Part shown: one piece after another, positions 14,163 through 24,300 of the stretch
How positions within the stretch are numbered: position 1 is the stretch's first letter
How the letters are laid out: each line of letters begins with the position of its first letter
Assembly (NCBI GenBank): GCA_000146465.1
Contig: CP001942.1
Length of the DNA: 64,000 nucleotides
Strand: one strand, 5' to 3'
Notes under the pieces: generated by a model
Databases searched by the model: none
Told to the model about the DNA's origin: nothing
What the model saw: the letters and a program-made list of their open reading frames with translations, nothing else
Position numbers and translations under genes: made by a program

Positions 14163-15176
14163 TTATCCTTGACCACATAGTTTTCCAAGAGCCCCCATGT
14201 GAGCCTTGTATGATGTCTCAATCAAGACTTTCTGTGCTTCTTCAATATTTGAGTCATCCCCTTTCCATGTCTTCAAAGCGTCGTCTGTTAGTGCCCTGGC
14301 AAAGCTAAAACTTAAGGACCATGTTCTACATCCCCTCTCCATGTTTATTGCATTGAGGAAGTTGATTGAATCTTCTGGGCTGTGACCTCCGCTTAGGAAA
14401 ACAATTCCCGGAATTCCACAAGGAATAGTTGACAAGAGAGCTCTGAATGTGAGGGTAGCAACCTCCTTGGGTGTGTATTCCTCGCTGCTAAGTAGACCAG
14501 ATGTAACATAGCTTGTCTTGATAAGGATTCCTGGAATATAGACAGATTCATAGTTTAAATATTTCATGAGTGTGCTTAGTATCTTTCTCAACAATTTATA
14601 CGAACTTTCTATATCGTAGTCTCCTTCCAAGAATATCTCAGGCTCTACAATTGGGACAAGGCCATTCTTCTGGCATATTATTGCATACTTTGCCAATACA
14701 GAACAGTTTTCATTGATGCAATCTTCTGAGGGAATTCCATCATAGAAGTAGAACAAAGACCTCCATTTGGCAAATGTAGCATCTTTGAATTCAGAGGACT
14801 TACATCTTAACTCCAAATCCTCGAGCCCCACAGAAATTTTCTCGTTCTCCTTATAGTCTATTAACCCTTTATCAAGTTTTACGCCTATTTCAATGCCTTT
14901 TCTCTTCAGTATTTCTGTCAGCAACACTCCCTTCCCATCGGTTTGCCCAAATGTCTCTGGATTCAGGATAACTCCACCTATGTACTTTTCTATTTCCTTA
15001 GTACTGAAGAGGATTTCCCTAAACTTTCTTCTGTTCTCTTTAGTGTTCTTGATTCCAAGCTTCTCAAGTTTCTTTCCCAATGTTTCTGGGCTCTCGTCTG
15101 CTGCAAGAATTCCTTTGTTGTTTTCAAGTATTTTTTTCGCAATCATACCTAATCTTAAAAGATGATCTGAATCCAT
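14163..15176 (-). CDS. FBA: Fructose-bisphosphate aldolase, class I.
   Basis: 337 aa. The motifs are GILAADESPETLGKKL, ENRRKFREILF, IVEPEIF, FLSGGHSPEDSINFLNAIN and LSFSFARAL. Confidence 0.9.
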   Translation of the reverse strand: MDSDHLLRLGMIAKKILENNKGILAADESPETLGKKLEKLGIKNTKENRRKFREILFSTKEIEKYIGGVILNPETFGQTDGKGVLLTEILKRKGIEIGVKLDKGLIDYKENEKISVGLEDLELRCKSSEFKDATFAKWRSLFYFYDGIPSEDCINENCSVLAKYAIICQKNGLVPIVEPEIFLEGDYDIESSYKLLRKILSTLMKYLNYESVYIPGILIKTSYVTSGLLSSEEYTPKEVATLTFRALLSTIPCGIPGIVFLSGGHSPEDSINFLNAINMERGCRTWSLSFSFARALTDDALKTWKGDDSNIEEAQKVLIETSYKAHMGALGKLCGQG

Positions 15177-15388
15177 TGCTAAGAAGTGTCTTTTTATGGC
15201 CTATAAATATAAAATTATAGTGTTTTTTTATCCAATCTTTCTTCATTTCTTTTTCCAGTCATTGGACTTACCATAGATCTTTGTCCAATGAATTATTTGA
15301 TGCATTAATTTAATAGGTTTCTTAAATTATAATTTCTGATTATAGAAACACCTGATCGGTTTTTAACCGGAGGTCTCTTTACCCTAGT

Positions 15389-15895
15389 ATGCATTTCAAT
15401 GTATTTGTAGAAGGAGAGTTTAACAATGTCAAGGGAGTTTTTATTGATCAGTCGTACCCGGTGAAGATTCGATGCACTAACTGTGGAGCACTTCATGAAA
15501 AAGCAGTTGTATTATCTGAAGACAGCATCGGAGAAGGAGATTTCAAGGACAAAGTCAACCTTAGTGTGGCCTGCAGGTCCTGTAGGAGAACTATGACACT
15601 GAAGATTTTAAAGTTGAAGGAGGCAAAGAAGCATTTGCTCCCAACCAAATTTGAGGACGAGTTTAAAGAGGTGTGGCTTACAGATATGGAGAAAAATAGG
15701 TTTTTGGTGTCTAGAGTTCAAACCAATGGAGCCGAGGTGGTGTCTATCGACTCCTGTACTCTTAATCTGGTTTCTAATCAAGACGTTCTGTTTACAAATG
15801 TGAACTTTGAAGAAAATACCGTGGCCAAATGCAGTAGCCTCAACATGATATCTTCCATTACTCTTTTTTCCCTCACAGTCGAACTTACTAAATAA
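15389..15895 (+). CDS. CXXC-motif zinc-binding protein of the DUF866/C1orf123 (CZIB) family.
   Basis: 168 aa. It has two CxxC pairs (CTNCGA...CRSCRR) in the same arrangement as C1orf123 (MKCGNCGE...CKLCAR). Confidence 0.6.
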   Translation: MHFNVFVEGEFNNVKGVFIDQSYPVKIRCTNCGALHEKAVVLSEDSIGEGDFKDKVNLSVACRSCRRTMTLKILKLKEAKKHLLPTKFEDEFKEVWLTDMEKNRFLVSRVQTNGAEVVSIDSCTLNLVSNQDVLFTNVNFEENTVAKCSSLNMISSITLFSLTVELTK

Positions 15896-15932
15896 AGTTT
15901 CTCTCCGTCTAACACCTCCATTCATCTACTTC

Positions 15933-16376
15933 CTAACTTCCTGGAATAAATATCCTAAATATAGTTATCGAATATGTACCAAATGATATCTGTGCGAAGT
16001 ACTTTTCCTCAAATGTACAGCTCCCTGCAAAGTGTCCTCCGGCAAACACACACCATCCCTTCCCAAACTTACTATCAAGCATGCTTTTCAGGGCCTCACA
16101 TATCTTTGTTGGAGGAGATTCATCGGTGAATGTGGCTAGAGAAAGTACAATCTGACCTTTTATCTGCTCGTCTAATGGTTCTCTTTGCTCAAAAACCGGC
16201 TCTACCACTTTTGGCCCGTCAATAACGTTTTTTGGCACACTCTTCTGTGAGTTTGGGGAGGAAGGCTTATCTAACTCTTTTGAACTACTCTCGCTCGTGT
16301 CTTTGTTTTTTGAATCTTTCATATCATCTATCTTCATGCTGATAGTTATGCTTATCGATGGAAATAACCAATCCAA
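15933..16376 (-). CDS. DYNLL: Dynein light chain LC8-type, with a Lys/Ser-rich N-terminal extension. The true start may be an internal Met.
   Basis: The C-terminal ~90 aa match the LC8 pattern (ICEALKSMLDSKFGKGWCVFAGGHFAGSCTFEEKYFAQISFGTYSITIF). Confidence 0.75.
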   Translation of the reverse strand: MDWLFPSISITISMKIDDMKDSKNKDTSESSSKELDKPSSPNSQKSVPKNVIDGPKVVEPVFEQREPLDEQIKGQIVLSLATFTDESPPTKICEALKSMLDSKFGKGWCVFAGGHFAGSCTFEEKYFAQISFGTYSITIFRIFIPGS

Positions 16377-16570
16377 ATAACTTTAAACCTCCAACCAATA
16401 AATACCCTGCTCTATTCCCAAGAAGACCAACCAAAGCATTGTCTCTCCTTGAAAAGGTATTTGCCAGAGTGACAATGTTTAACTAATCTTTACAGCGTGT
16501 TCTTTCGGTTCTCCTCCTTAGTGTTTCTCCTCAATTAGATTGTTTAAATAAAGCATCCAGAATATGCCCT

Positions 16571-17893
16571 ATGCTTCCAAATGAAATTGATCCATACGAA
16601 TTCAAATTCTTCATAAAAGACATGCTGCCTTTATCTGAGACATATACTCTGTTTAGAAGCTCGAAACTGTTAAAGGCAAAGGAAACCATAAAGGCCATTT
16701 CTAAAACAAATCAAGGACTAATTGTTCTAATTCATAAACCGGAAGAGACAATAGTATATACGCCAGAAAACAAAGTAACTTATTTTACAAGAAGAAAGGG
16801 AAGGGTGGCACCGAAGAATGCAGTGATCCGGTTTCTGCGGGCAAAGATGATTGATTTTGTCATTTTGAAATTCAAGACTTTCTATTGCTGTCTGTCGAGA
16901 TGGGACAAGGACGTTTGTAGCTTCTGCATTGTAGCATGCATAGGAAAAAAAGCTACTGAAAGAGCACTTCTGAATCCTTCCGAAATTCTTGGAGACGTTG
17001 AAGAGTCTCCTTTGATGGTTGAAAAAGGTATGTTTAAGTTTAAAGACTTGAATCTATTTAAGGAAGAGGGGAAGGAGTCTGAGGATCATTCATTTGAAGC
17101 TATCCACAGTCTTACATCTGGGATAAACTCTAGTACCAGTGAAGTAAAAGTGAACCCGATCGACCTCATTCGAGAAGATTGCTTGGAATATGTAAGTAAA
17201 GTCTCTTTGGAAGGCACAAATGCACTTTCCAACCAAAAGAAAGAGGAGCAAAACTGTCTTATTGAAATAGAATCGGAAAATGCCAAGAATTCTGGAAACA
17301 CTCACTCAAAGCCATATAAAGAAGTTAGAAATGATGAGGAGGGACTGATCGATTATATAATATCGAAAATCACTAAGCTTGTGTGTGAAGATATAAATAC
17401 CGGGTGTCTTCAGGAGGAAACAGAGAAAGACAAACAATCTCAGATTATAGAGGAAGAGGAGGAGAGCGATTGCTCTAGTAAGAACTATGGATATGATGTC
17501 GAAGGGAGTAATTCTCTTGGCTACATAGGGGCTTCAGGAGGGAAGGAAAGTAAGAAGGAGGATGGTACTCTTTCTCATGAAGGCTCTTCGAAATATGAAA
17601 GTACTATAAAATTTGGAGTAATAGAGCAAGGACAACTAAAATGTATCCAGAAGAACATCGGGCTTCTATCCATGGCAAAATTCGATAGACTAGAAACATT
17701 TATCACAGGAATGATGGATCATCTTAAAAAAGCTAATATCAACTATGTAGAGGTTTGTTCGGAGATAGATTTCTTTATTGTAAAGAAAAGAGACTGCACT
17801 TATCTGTACATAAGAGATTTAATACATAGAAAGGAGAGAAAATTTATGGAGAGATTTGATAGAATGTTTGAAAAGCTTGGAGCAAAGACTTGA
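16571..17893 (+). CDS. Hypothetical acidic protein.
   Basis: 440-aa ORF filling an otherwise empty 1.3 kb. No recognisable domain. Confidence 0.55.
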   Translation: MLPNEIDPYEFKFFIKDMLPLSETYTLFRSSKLLKAKETIKAISKTNQGLIVLIHKPEETIVYTPENKVTYFTRRKGRVAPKNAVIRFLRAKMIDFVILKFKTFYCCLSRWDKDVCSFCIVACIGKKATERALLNPSEILGDVEESPLMVEKGMFKFKDLNLFKEEGKESEDHSFEAIHSLTSGINSSTSEVKVNPIDLIREDCLEYVSKVSLEGTNALSNQKKEEQNCLIEIESENAKNSGNTHSKPYKEVRNDEEGLIDYIISKITKLVCEDINTGCLQEETEKDKQSQIIEEEEESDCSSKNYGYDVEGSNSLGYIGASGGKESKKEDGTLSHEGSSKYESTIKFGVIEQGQLKCIQKNIGLLSMAKFDRLETFITGMMDHLKKANINYVEVCSEIDFFIVKKRDCTYLYIRDLIHRKERKFMERFDRMFEKLGAKT

Positions 17894-17920
17894 GGGGAAA
17901 ATATTCTTTTAATAAATTTT

Positions 17921-18520
17921 CTAGGCATTTCCTTGGTTTTTCTTTTCAAATATCTTGTGTCTTAATCTATCGGCGTTGTCTTCTTCCACCATTCTGATTC
18001 TGAAGGTGGATTTGAGTTTCTCCAAATCAAAAATGGGAATTCTCTTTGTGGGTTTGAAGTTGCTTAGACGTTTAACCATTATCTTTCCCCCCTCCCTCAG
18101 GACAGAAACTCGCTTCTCAATCTTTTCAATGGCCTCCTCAACGCTCTTAAAGTTTGTTCCTTCTATTCTGAATCGGTTTTTTGCCAAATACTCTCTATAG
18201 ACCTGGCCTATTTCTTTATACTCGGCTATTTGGGAAATATAAGAATGGAAATCTGTTATAAAGTTGCTTGTGTTCCGTTCCATATTTATCTTTCGGTTTA
18301 CTTTGTATTCTGTGTCTGCCTTAGCATGGGAAGAGGTGGATGTGTGGCATTTATATGCATTCTTTGTGTTAAACTTCCTTTGGCACGGGATACAGAACAT
18401 ATTACCCCTACTAGACAGACTTAACATAATTGTATTGAAAACAAGTGGAATTTTATTTGAAGGCAGATTAGCTAGCAATGAACAACACAAAGAATAAGAA
18501 GGACAGTCCGATTCCTCCAA
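17921..18520 (-). CDS. U1/matrin-type C2H2 zinc-finger protein. The start is possibly the internal Met at ~18427, which would avoid overlap with the next gene.
   Basis: It contains CIPCQRKFNTKNAYKCHTSTSSH (a zf-U1-like finger) followed by a basic charged tail. Confidence 0.5.
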   Translation of the reverse strand: MEESDCPSYSLCCSLLANLPSNKIPLVFNTIMLSLSSRGNMFCIPCQRKFNTKNAYKCHTSTSSHAKADTEYKVNRKINMERNTSNFITDFHSYISQIAEYKEIGQVYREYLAKNRFRIEGTNFKSVEEAIEKIEKRVSVLREGGKIMVKRLSNFKPTKRIPIFDLEKLKSTFRIRMVEEDNADRLRHKIFEKKNQGNA

Positions 18521-18743
18521 GAATAAAATACAGCCATGATCGAAATCTCTTTGGATCCGACCGTCTTATGCTTTGTATGGTTGTAAATATCTTATTCAAT
18601 GAGGATTGAAAAGACGGATCCAGTTGTCTCAGCTTGATGTTCTGTGCTTCGATCTCCTTTGTTAGATCTATTGCAACGTTCCTTAGAGTTTTCAGTCTTG
18701 CTGTAAAGATTTGCCCTTCATCCTCCTCATAATCGTTTTTCAT
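18468..18743 (-). CDS. Small tail-anchored SNARE (Bet1/Sft1-like). The longer ORF to 19004 overlaps uL2 and is rejected.
   Basis: ~91 aa. It has a heptad SNARE-like segment (TLRNVAIDLTKEIEAQNIKLRQLD) followed by a C-terminal TM helix (WLYFILGGIGLSFLFFVLFIAS). Confidence 0.5.
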   Translation of the reverse strand: MKNDYEEDEGQIFTARLKTLRNVAIDLTKEIEAQNIKLRQLDPSFQSSLNKIFTTIQSIRRSDPKRFRSWLYFILGGIGLSFLFFVLFIAS

Positions 18744-18861
18744 GGATAAAGCAGGGATAAGAAAATAGACAATTAACAAGCAAGGGAGGTGTTTCTCATT
18801 CTTAAGACTTATCATATCCCGAATATCATTGACCCAACAGATCGCCGAAATAATTTTAATC

Positions 18862-19581
18862 CTAAACCTTCCTGGATCCAACCCTGTATCCAGTGCGCCT
18901 TGCTCCAACAAGACCAATCTTCTGCTCTTGGGAGATGTCTTTCTTTGAAACCGTGGAGGGCTTTCCAATATGCTGGTGGTTACCTCCTCCGTGGAGATGC
19001 TCAACGGGGTTCATAGCCACTCCTCTAACTCTTGGAAAGACATGGCCACGAGCCTTTGCCTTATAGTGTGCCACTGATGCCTTAAGGAGGGGCTTGTCGT
19101 GGATTCCTCCTCCAGCAACAACTCCCACAATGCATCTGCATTCGCTACTTACGGTTATCTTCTTTCCAGACGGTATTTTTATCACCGTTTCATTGGTTTC
19201 CTTTCTGTGGTTGACCACAAGAGAATAGCTTCCATTTACCATGGAAATAGACCCCCCGCTTCCATAGGTGGTCTCAACAGAATTCACTGCCATACCTTCT
19301 GGAACATTCTTGATCTTTGTGATGTTCCCTACGTCAACTGGTGCATTGTCTCCAATCAGAATCTTTTTTCCGGTATATATTCCCTCCGAAGCCGGAACCA
19401 TACTATCGTGCTCCTTAAAACTTATAATTGCCACCGGCGCTCCTCTGCTTCTCTCATGGACTATGTCGATCACTTCTCCTTCCTCTACCTGCGGAATAAT
19501 GGGATAGCCTAGCTTGACCTTGACAATAGGCTGCCTTTCTTTCTTCTTTACCTCCCTAGTTCTTCTTGTAATCTTACCCAT
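18862..19581 (-). CDS. RPL8: 60S ribosomal protein L8 (uL2).
   Basis: 239 aa. The motifs are GRNHQHIGKPSTV..., HLHGGGNHQHIGK and typical uL2 N- and C-terminal sequence. Confidence 0.9.
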   Translation of the reverse strand: MGKITRRTREVKKKERQPIVKVKLGYPIIPQVEEGEVIDIVHERSRGAPVAIISFKEHDSMVPASEGIYTGKKILIGDNAPVDVGNITKIKNVPEGMAVNSVETTYGSGGSISMVNGSYSLVVNHRKETNETVIKIPSGKKITVSSECRCIVGVVAGGGIHDKPLLKASVAHYKAKARGHVFPRVRGVAMNPVEHLHGGGNHQHIGKPSTVSKKDISQEQKIGLVGARRTGYRVGSRKV

Positions 19582-19598
19582 TTCAGGGCTTAAAAATC
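19582..19598. promoter_or_regulatory. A 17-bp divergent intergenic spacer between the uL2 and 19599 start codons (minimal bidirectional promoter, or transcription start sites located inside neighbouring genes).
   Basis: Seen directly: the ATG of the minus gene ends at 19581 and the ATG of the plus gene begins at 19599. Confidence 0.3.
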
Positions 19599-20075
19599 AT
19601 GGAAGTTTTAAGAGAAGAGCTAGAAAAAATTTCAAGCAAGTACGATAGCCAAGAGTTGTATGTTGAAGGATTCACACCAGAGCAAATCTATTATCAGATA
19701 GAGGAACTGTGCAATACGATTATCCAAAGGTGTGAGGACTCCATCGCCCGCCTTGATCTCAAATGTGAAAAGCCAATTCCTCAGAACGATAGAGAAATAT
19801 GCCATGAAGAGTCTTCAGGAGACGAAGAGAGGAAAGGCTTCTTCAAAGAGGACAATATTCCACCGGAGCCCTCGGGATCGAACGAGGATGGTGATGATGA
19901 AAATACAACCGAAGATGAGGGTGAGTCCATGGAATCCAAGGATTTCGATGCTTTTGCAGACAAAATCTCTCAAATGCCAGCTAGTGAAGCAATCAAGCTT
20001 CTGGAATCAAGAGTTAAGAATAATTCCGAATGGTATTCCAGTGAAGAGGAACTATCTGACGAAGATGGCGAATAA
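19599..20075 (+). CDS. Hypothetical acidic protein with a Glu/Asp/Ser-rich tail.
   Basis: 158-aa ORF tightly packed between neighbours. Confidence 0.5.
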   Translation: MEVLREELEKISSKYDSQELYVEGFTPEQIYYQIEELCNTIIQRCEDSIARLDLKCEKPIPQNDREICHEESSGDEERKGFFKEDNIPPEPSGSNEDGDDENTTEDEGESMESKDFDAFADKISQMPASEAIKLLESRVKNNSEWYSSEEELSDEDGE

Positions 20076-20170
20076 TAAAGACATTGGACTACTATAAAGC
20101 GACATAAAGCTCTTAGAAGGATACCACAAACACAATTTAATGATAAAGCCATTCGAGTCATAGCAAACTT

Positions 20171-20653
20171 CTAATTTTTCTTTAGGACTGTAACATTTCT
20201 AATTCTGTCTAGAGACTTAACTTCAAGCCTCTTTTTGGGAAGAGAAGCCTTTTCCTCCTGGACAATTTTTATCTCACAATCGGGTGTAAATCCATTATTC
20301 CCAAAGTCTACAATTTGCATGAGATCTCCTTCTATCTCATTGTAAAGAGAAAGAACATCTTTGAACTCTAAATTATCTACATCCAAGATCTCGTCGGTAA
20401 CCTCAGCCACCTTCTTGGTATTGTATTCATGATTGTCAAATGTCCCTTCTCTAATTCTTTGAAGGGTGATGCTCTCTATCTCGCTATCTTGCTTGGAAGA
20501 AAACGGGAGGAGTGGAGGGCCCTGCCTGAAGTCAATATCCTCCTCTGTTAGTAAACTGTTCTTGGGTCTTTTTCTAATATCCACTTCTCCTGCATACTTC
20601 CATTCTTTAGGCTTGACTAAAAGTTTTTCTATTTCTTCAATGTTTTCATTCAT
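20171..20653 (-). CDS. Hypothetical protein.
   Basis: 160-aa ORF. No recognised motif. Confidence 0.45.
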   Translation of the reverse strand: MNENIEEIEKLLVKPKEWKYAGEVDIRKRPKNSLLTEEDIDFRQGPPLLPFSSKQDSEIESITLQRIREGTFDNHEYNTKKVAEVTDEILDVDNLEFKDVLSLYNEIEGDLMQIVDFGNNGFTPDCEIKIVQEEKASLPKKRLEVKSLDRIRNVTVLKKN

Positions 20654-20714
20654 CCCAACGGTTCATCTCATGAACTTTTTATAGAAATTCTTTCAACTTA
20701 GACCTTCTACAACA

Positions 20715-21311
20715 TTATCTCTTTTCCTCTGCCAATATCATTCTCTTGGCAATACAATTCTCTTTACATCCAAAAAAGTCGTCTAGATGCTTGCATATAT
20801 ATTCAATTCCATAATCCTTAGCTCCAGGAATGTACTCAGGACAGCATATAAAGTTCTGAGTATAAATTGATTTATCAACACTGTCATCAACAAGAATGCA
20901 TTTCTCAACATCAATGTTATGGTTGCTTGCAACAACCTCCAAGTCCTTAACCCATCGACTGCACTTGGAATCAAGCCTCACCTTCCCAGGCTTGCAATCC
21001 GACTGAGAATACCATCCAAGAAGCCCATCAAACCCCAGATCCTCCAGATACTTGACAAGATGCATTGCATTTTGTCTCATTCCTGTGGTCCACAGGACAT
21101 ATTCAGCATCATGGGACTTAAGAAATTCCACCAACAAGTCCAAATGGGGGCGGTTGTAAATAAAGTATTCCTTGAACTTGAAGTCCGGCTCCACCCCCAT
21201 GGATGTAAGAATCCGTTGCTCACTTTTGGCTTTATGATACCTTTTTATCAAAGTTCCACTTATGTCAAAAACCACTAGAAATCTGGCCATAGGTCTAGGG
21301 TAGAAAAACAA
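20715..21311 (-). CDS. NIF/FCP1-like HAD-domain protein with a degenerate catalytic motif (possible Tim50-like or inactive CTD-phosphatase-like).
   Basis: 198 aa. It has NIF-family architecture (LVVFDISGTL...ILVDDSVDKSIYTQNFICCPEYIPG), but DISGT replaces the DxDxT phospho-acceptor motif. Confidence 0.6.
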   Translation of the reverse strand: MFFYPRPMARFLVVFDISGTLIKRYHKAKSEQRILTSMGVEPDFKFKEYFIYNRPHLDLLVEFLKSHDAEYVLWTTGMRQNAMHLVKYLEDLGFDGLLGWYSQSDCKPGKVRLDSKCSRWVKDLEVVASNHNIDVEKCILVDDSVDKSIYTQNFICCPEYIPGAKDYGIEYICKHLDDFFGCKENCIAKRMILAEEKR

Positions 21312-21371
21312 ACTATTAATAGTTTCTCCGATGTGAAATGGCCTTGAAGCTCCCTAAAAAACAATCGAAGT

Positions 21372-24300
21372 TTAATTTTGTGCAGATCTGCTGGTAGGAA
21401 ATAGAGCTTCAAACTTCTTCACTATAAACTCTTCGCTAACCCCAAACTTCTCTCCAGATGAGGAAAATCCTTTGGTTAGCAGTTCATTGCGCAGGTCTGC
21501 CAAGGTCTTAGTGCTCCAGTTCTTTGGAAGCATTCCTCTCTTGGGCTGCGGAATCTTTTCCATGGACCTCAAACTCCCAAACCAATTCATTCTATCAAAG
21601 CACTCAAGCTCGGCACTACTAAGCTTATGCCTTTTGGTTTCGCCAAGTATCCTGTTGATGGTTTCTTCAAATCCATCTATGTCTTTATCTCCCAAAAACT
21701 TAGCTATGCTTTCTCGGTTGTCATCGGTCATGCGACCAAACTCCATTATAGCTTTATGGAATAGATTATCGTCCTCACGAACCTCTTTCTTTCTGCTTAA
21801 TGTCGAAACAATCTTCCTAACCCTCTGGTTCATGTCGTCCGTACTCTTGTTCCTTATGGTCTCGGGATAACAGTCGTACCCATGTTTCAACGTCAAGTCA
21901 ACAAGTATCTTGTCATCTTCGCTGGTCCATCCCCGCACCTTCTCCACTACAAGATCTTCAGTCTTCAGTAGAGAGCTCAGAATGGCAACTACCTGGATCC
22001 GCAAAAGAAATCTTTCCCCGTATTTCTTATACACATCCTCAAACTTTGTGAATAATGAGGGATCGTAGTTGTCAACAAGAAACTCTTCTATGCCGTCGGA
22101 AAAGTCTGACCTTATCTTTGTACTTTGAAACTGATCAACAACATATTTTACAAGATATCTAAAATATGTAGCTGTGTCTTTGAAGTGTTCAGACTGAGGG
22201 AGCATATATACTTTGTTTTCTCCGTTCTTTTCCTGCTCAGGCAACTCGGGAATCTCAAGTCCAACAGATCTAGGCCCAAATCTAAGGACCCCTAAGAATA
22301 TAAGCAAGCATTGATTTTCATAAAACACGTTCTCATCTTCGCTTTCAAGCTTCATCTTCAGCAGCTCCTCGATTTCGGAAATGTTCTCCTCAGACAATCC
22401 TCCTTCTCTTGCAAGTCTTCTCATTTGCCTCTTAATTCTGCCCTCACTCTCCTCACTCTTCTTCTTGTTGAGAAGATTCTCCCAGAAGTCGGGATCATCA
22501 ATGTCTTCTTCAACCTGGAACGATGCCTTTGAAAACACATTTCCTCCGTCAGAGTGCTTCACAATCTTCGTTCTTCTTTCCAGAATTTGGTCGATATCTT
22601 CTTCACAGAACTTCCTGCTTGACGCATCATCGCTCTCCATGAGAACCCCATAAGCCCCTTTCCGAAGAAGTGTTTCTATAGCATCTTTCTTCCTTGTCTT
22701 TTCACTCTTGTGCTCTTCAAATGTCATTCTCTGTAGTACTGCTCTATCCAGCCCCAACTTCAGGCCTGCTTTATCAAACATTTCTCTTTCATATGTGTTC
22801 TCCGTCACCAGTCTGTATACCTTCACTTCGCTTGTCTGTCCGATTCTATGGCATCTGGCTTGTGCTTGGAGATCATTTTGTGGATTCCAGTCGGAGTCGA
22901 AGATAATCACAGTATCTGCCGCCGTCAGGTTTATCCCTACTCCTCCAGCACGTGTACTTAGAAGAAATACAAAAACATCGCTTGTTTTGTCGCTAAACCT
23001 ATCTATTGCTGCTTGCCTATTCTCTGTCCTGGCCCCTCCGTCAATTCTCTCGTACTTATACTTTCTATATGTAAGATATTCGGCAAGAAGATCTAAGCAC
23101 CTGGTCATCTGAGAAAATATAAGCACCTTGTGTCCATTCTTCAATTTTCCGAGAAGCTTGTCTAAAAGCACAAGTTTTCCACTGCTTTGTATAAACACCT
23201 TGTAATACTCGTCAATATCTCCTATTACCGTATTTCCATTTGCTTGCTCGTCTCCATTCGATATCTCCGAAGTTAAAGTTATATCATTTTCTGTCCCCTC
23301 TGCTTTATTTTTCTCCCTCTTCTTTTTGAGATATCCACTAAGTATCTGCTCCTCAGCCCCCTTTATAAGATATGGATGTATACAACACTTCCGAAGCTCC
23401 ATCATCACATTCAGTAGATTAGGTGCTGATTCCTTTCCCCCCTTCGTTAGAAATTCAATGTTCTTCTCAAGTATTGCCCTGTAGAACCTCTTTTGAATCA
23501 TGGTTAGTGCAACCTCAATAATGGTCTCCTCCTTTGTAGGAATAGATTTCTCCACATCCTCCTTCATTCTCCTAAGCATCAAGGGCCTCAGCAACCCTTG
23601 GAGCTTTTCGACGTCGTTGATATTCTCCATCTTGAACTCCCCGAGAAAGTGGGGAAGGCTGGAAAATCGGGTTGGATCAATGAAGTTCAGTAGAGACCAG
23701 AGCTCGGAAATGTTGTTCTGGAGAGGTGTTCCGCTCAATAGCACCTTATGGTTGAACTTCAGTGTCCTTAGAACCGTGGCTGCTTTGGATTTTGCATTCT
23801 TTAATCGATGGGCTTCGTCAAATACTCCCACTGAAAAGTGGAACTGGCTCAAACTCTCCTGTTCAGCCATAACCGTATCGTATGTCGTGATCAGCACATC
23901 AAATAATCTAATCTCAAGATTATTTTTCTTTAATACAAACTCATACTCAGCAATCAATGCTCTTCCTGGTCGATTCTCATGATACTTCAATACCCTCAGA
24001 TCAGTCCATGCTTCAAACTCTCTTTCCCAATGCGGTATAATGCTGAGAGGCGTCACAACAAGTACTGGCGCGCAGTAGTCATACTTTGTAAAGAGTGTAT
24101 TAACAAACGTTACTGTTTGCACTGTCTTACCTAATCCCATCTCGTCTGCCATAATACAGCTTTGCCTGTAGTACCATCGGTTCAGAAGCCAATTCAGTCC
24201 TTCAAGTTGATATTCTCTAAGCTTATTTCCTCCCTTGAATACAGGAGACTCCTCATACTTGATGAAATTCTCCCGAGGAGGTCTCCAGTCAATTCCTACC

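Noticed and set aside
18744-19004. The long 178-aa version of the SNARE-like ORF extending into uL2.
   Set aside because: The upstream part overlaps the uL2 gene on the same strand, and its translation (hydrophobic LPCLLIVYFLIPALS before the SNARE motif) is implausible for a tail-anchored SNARE. The internal Met at 18743 was preferred.
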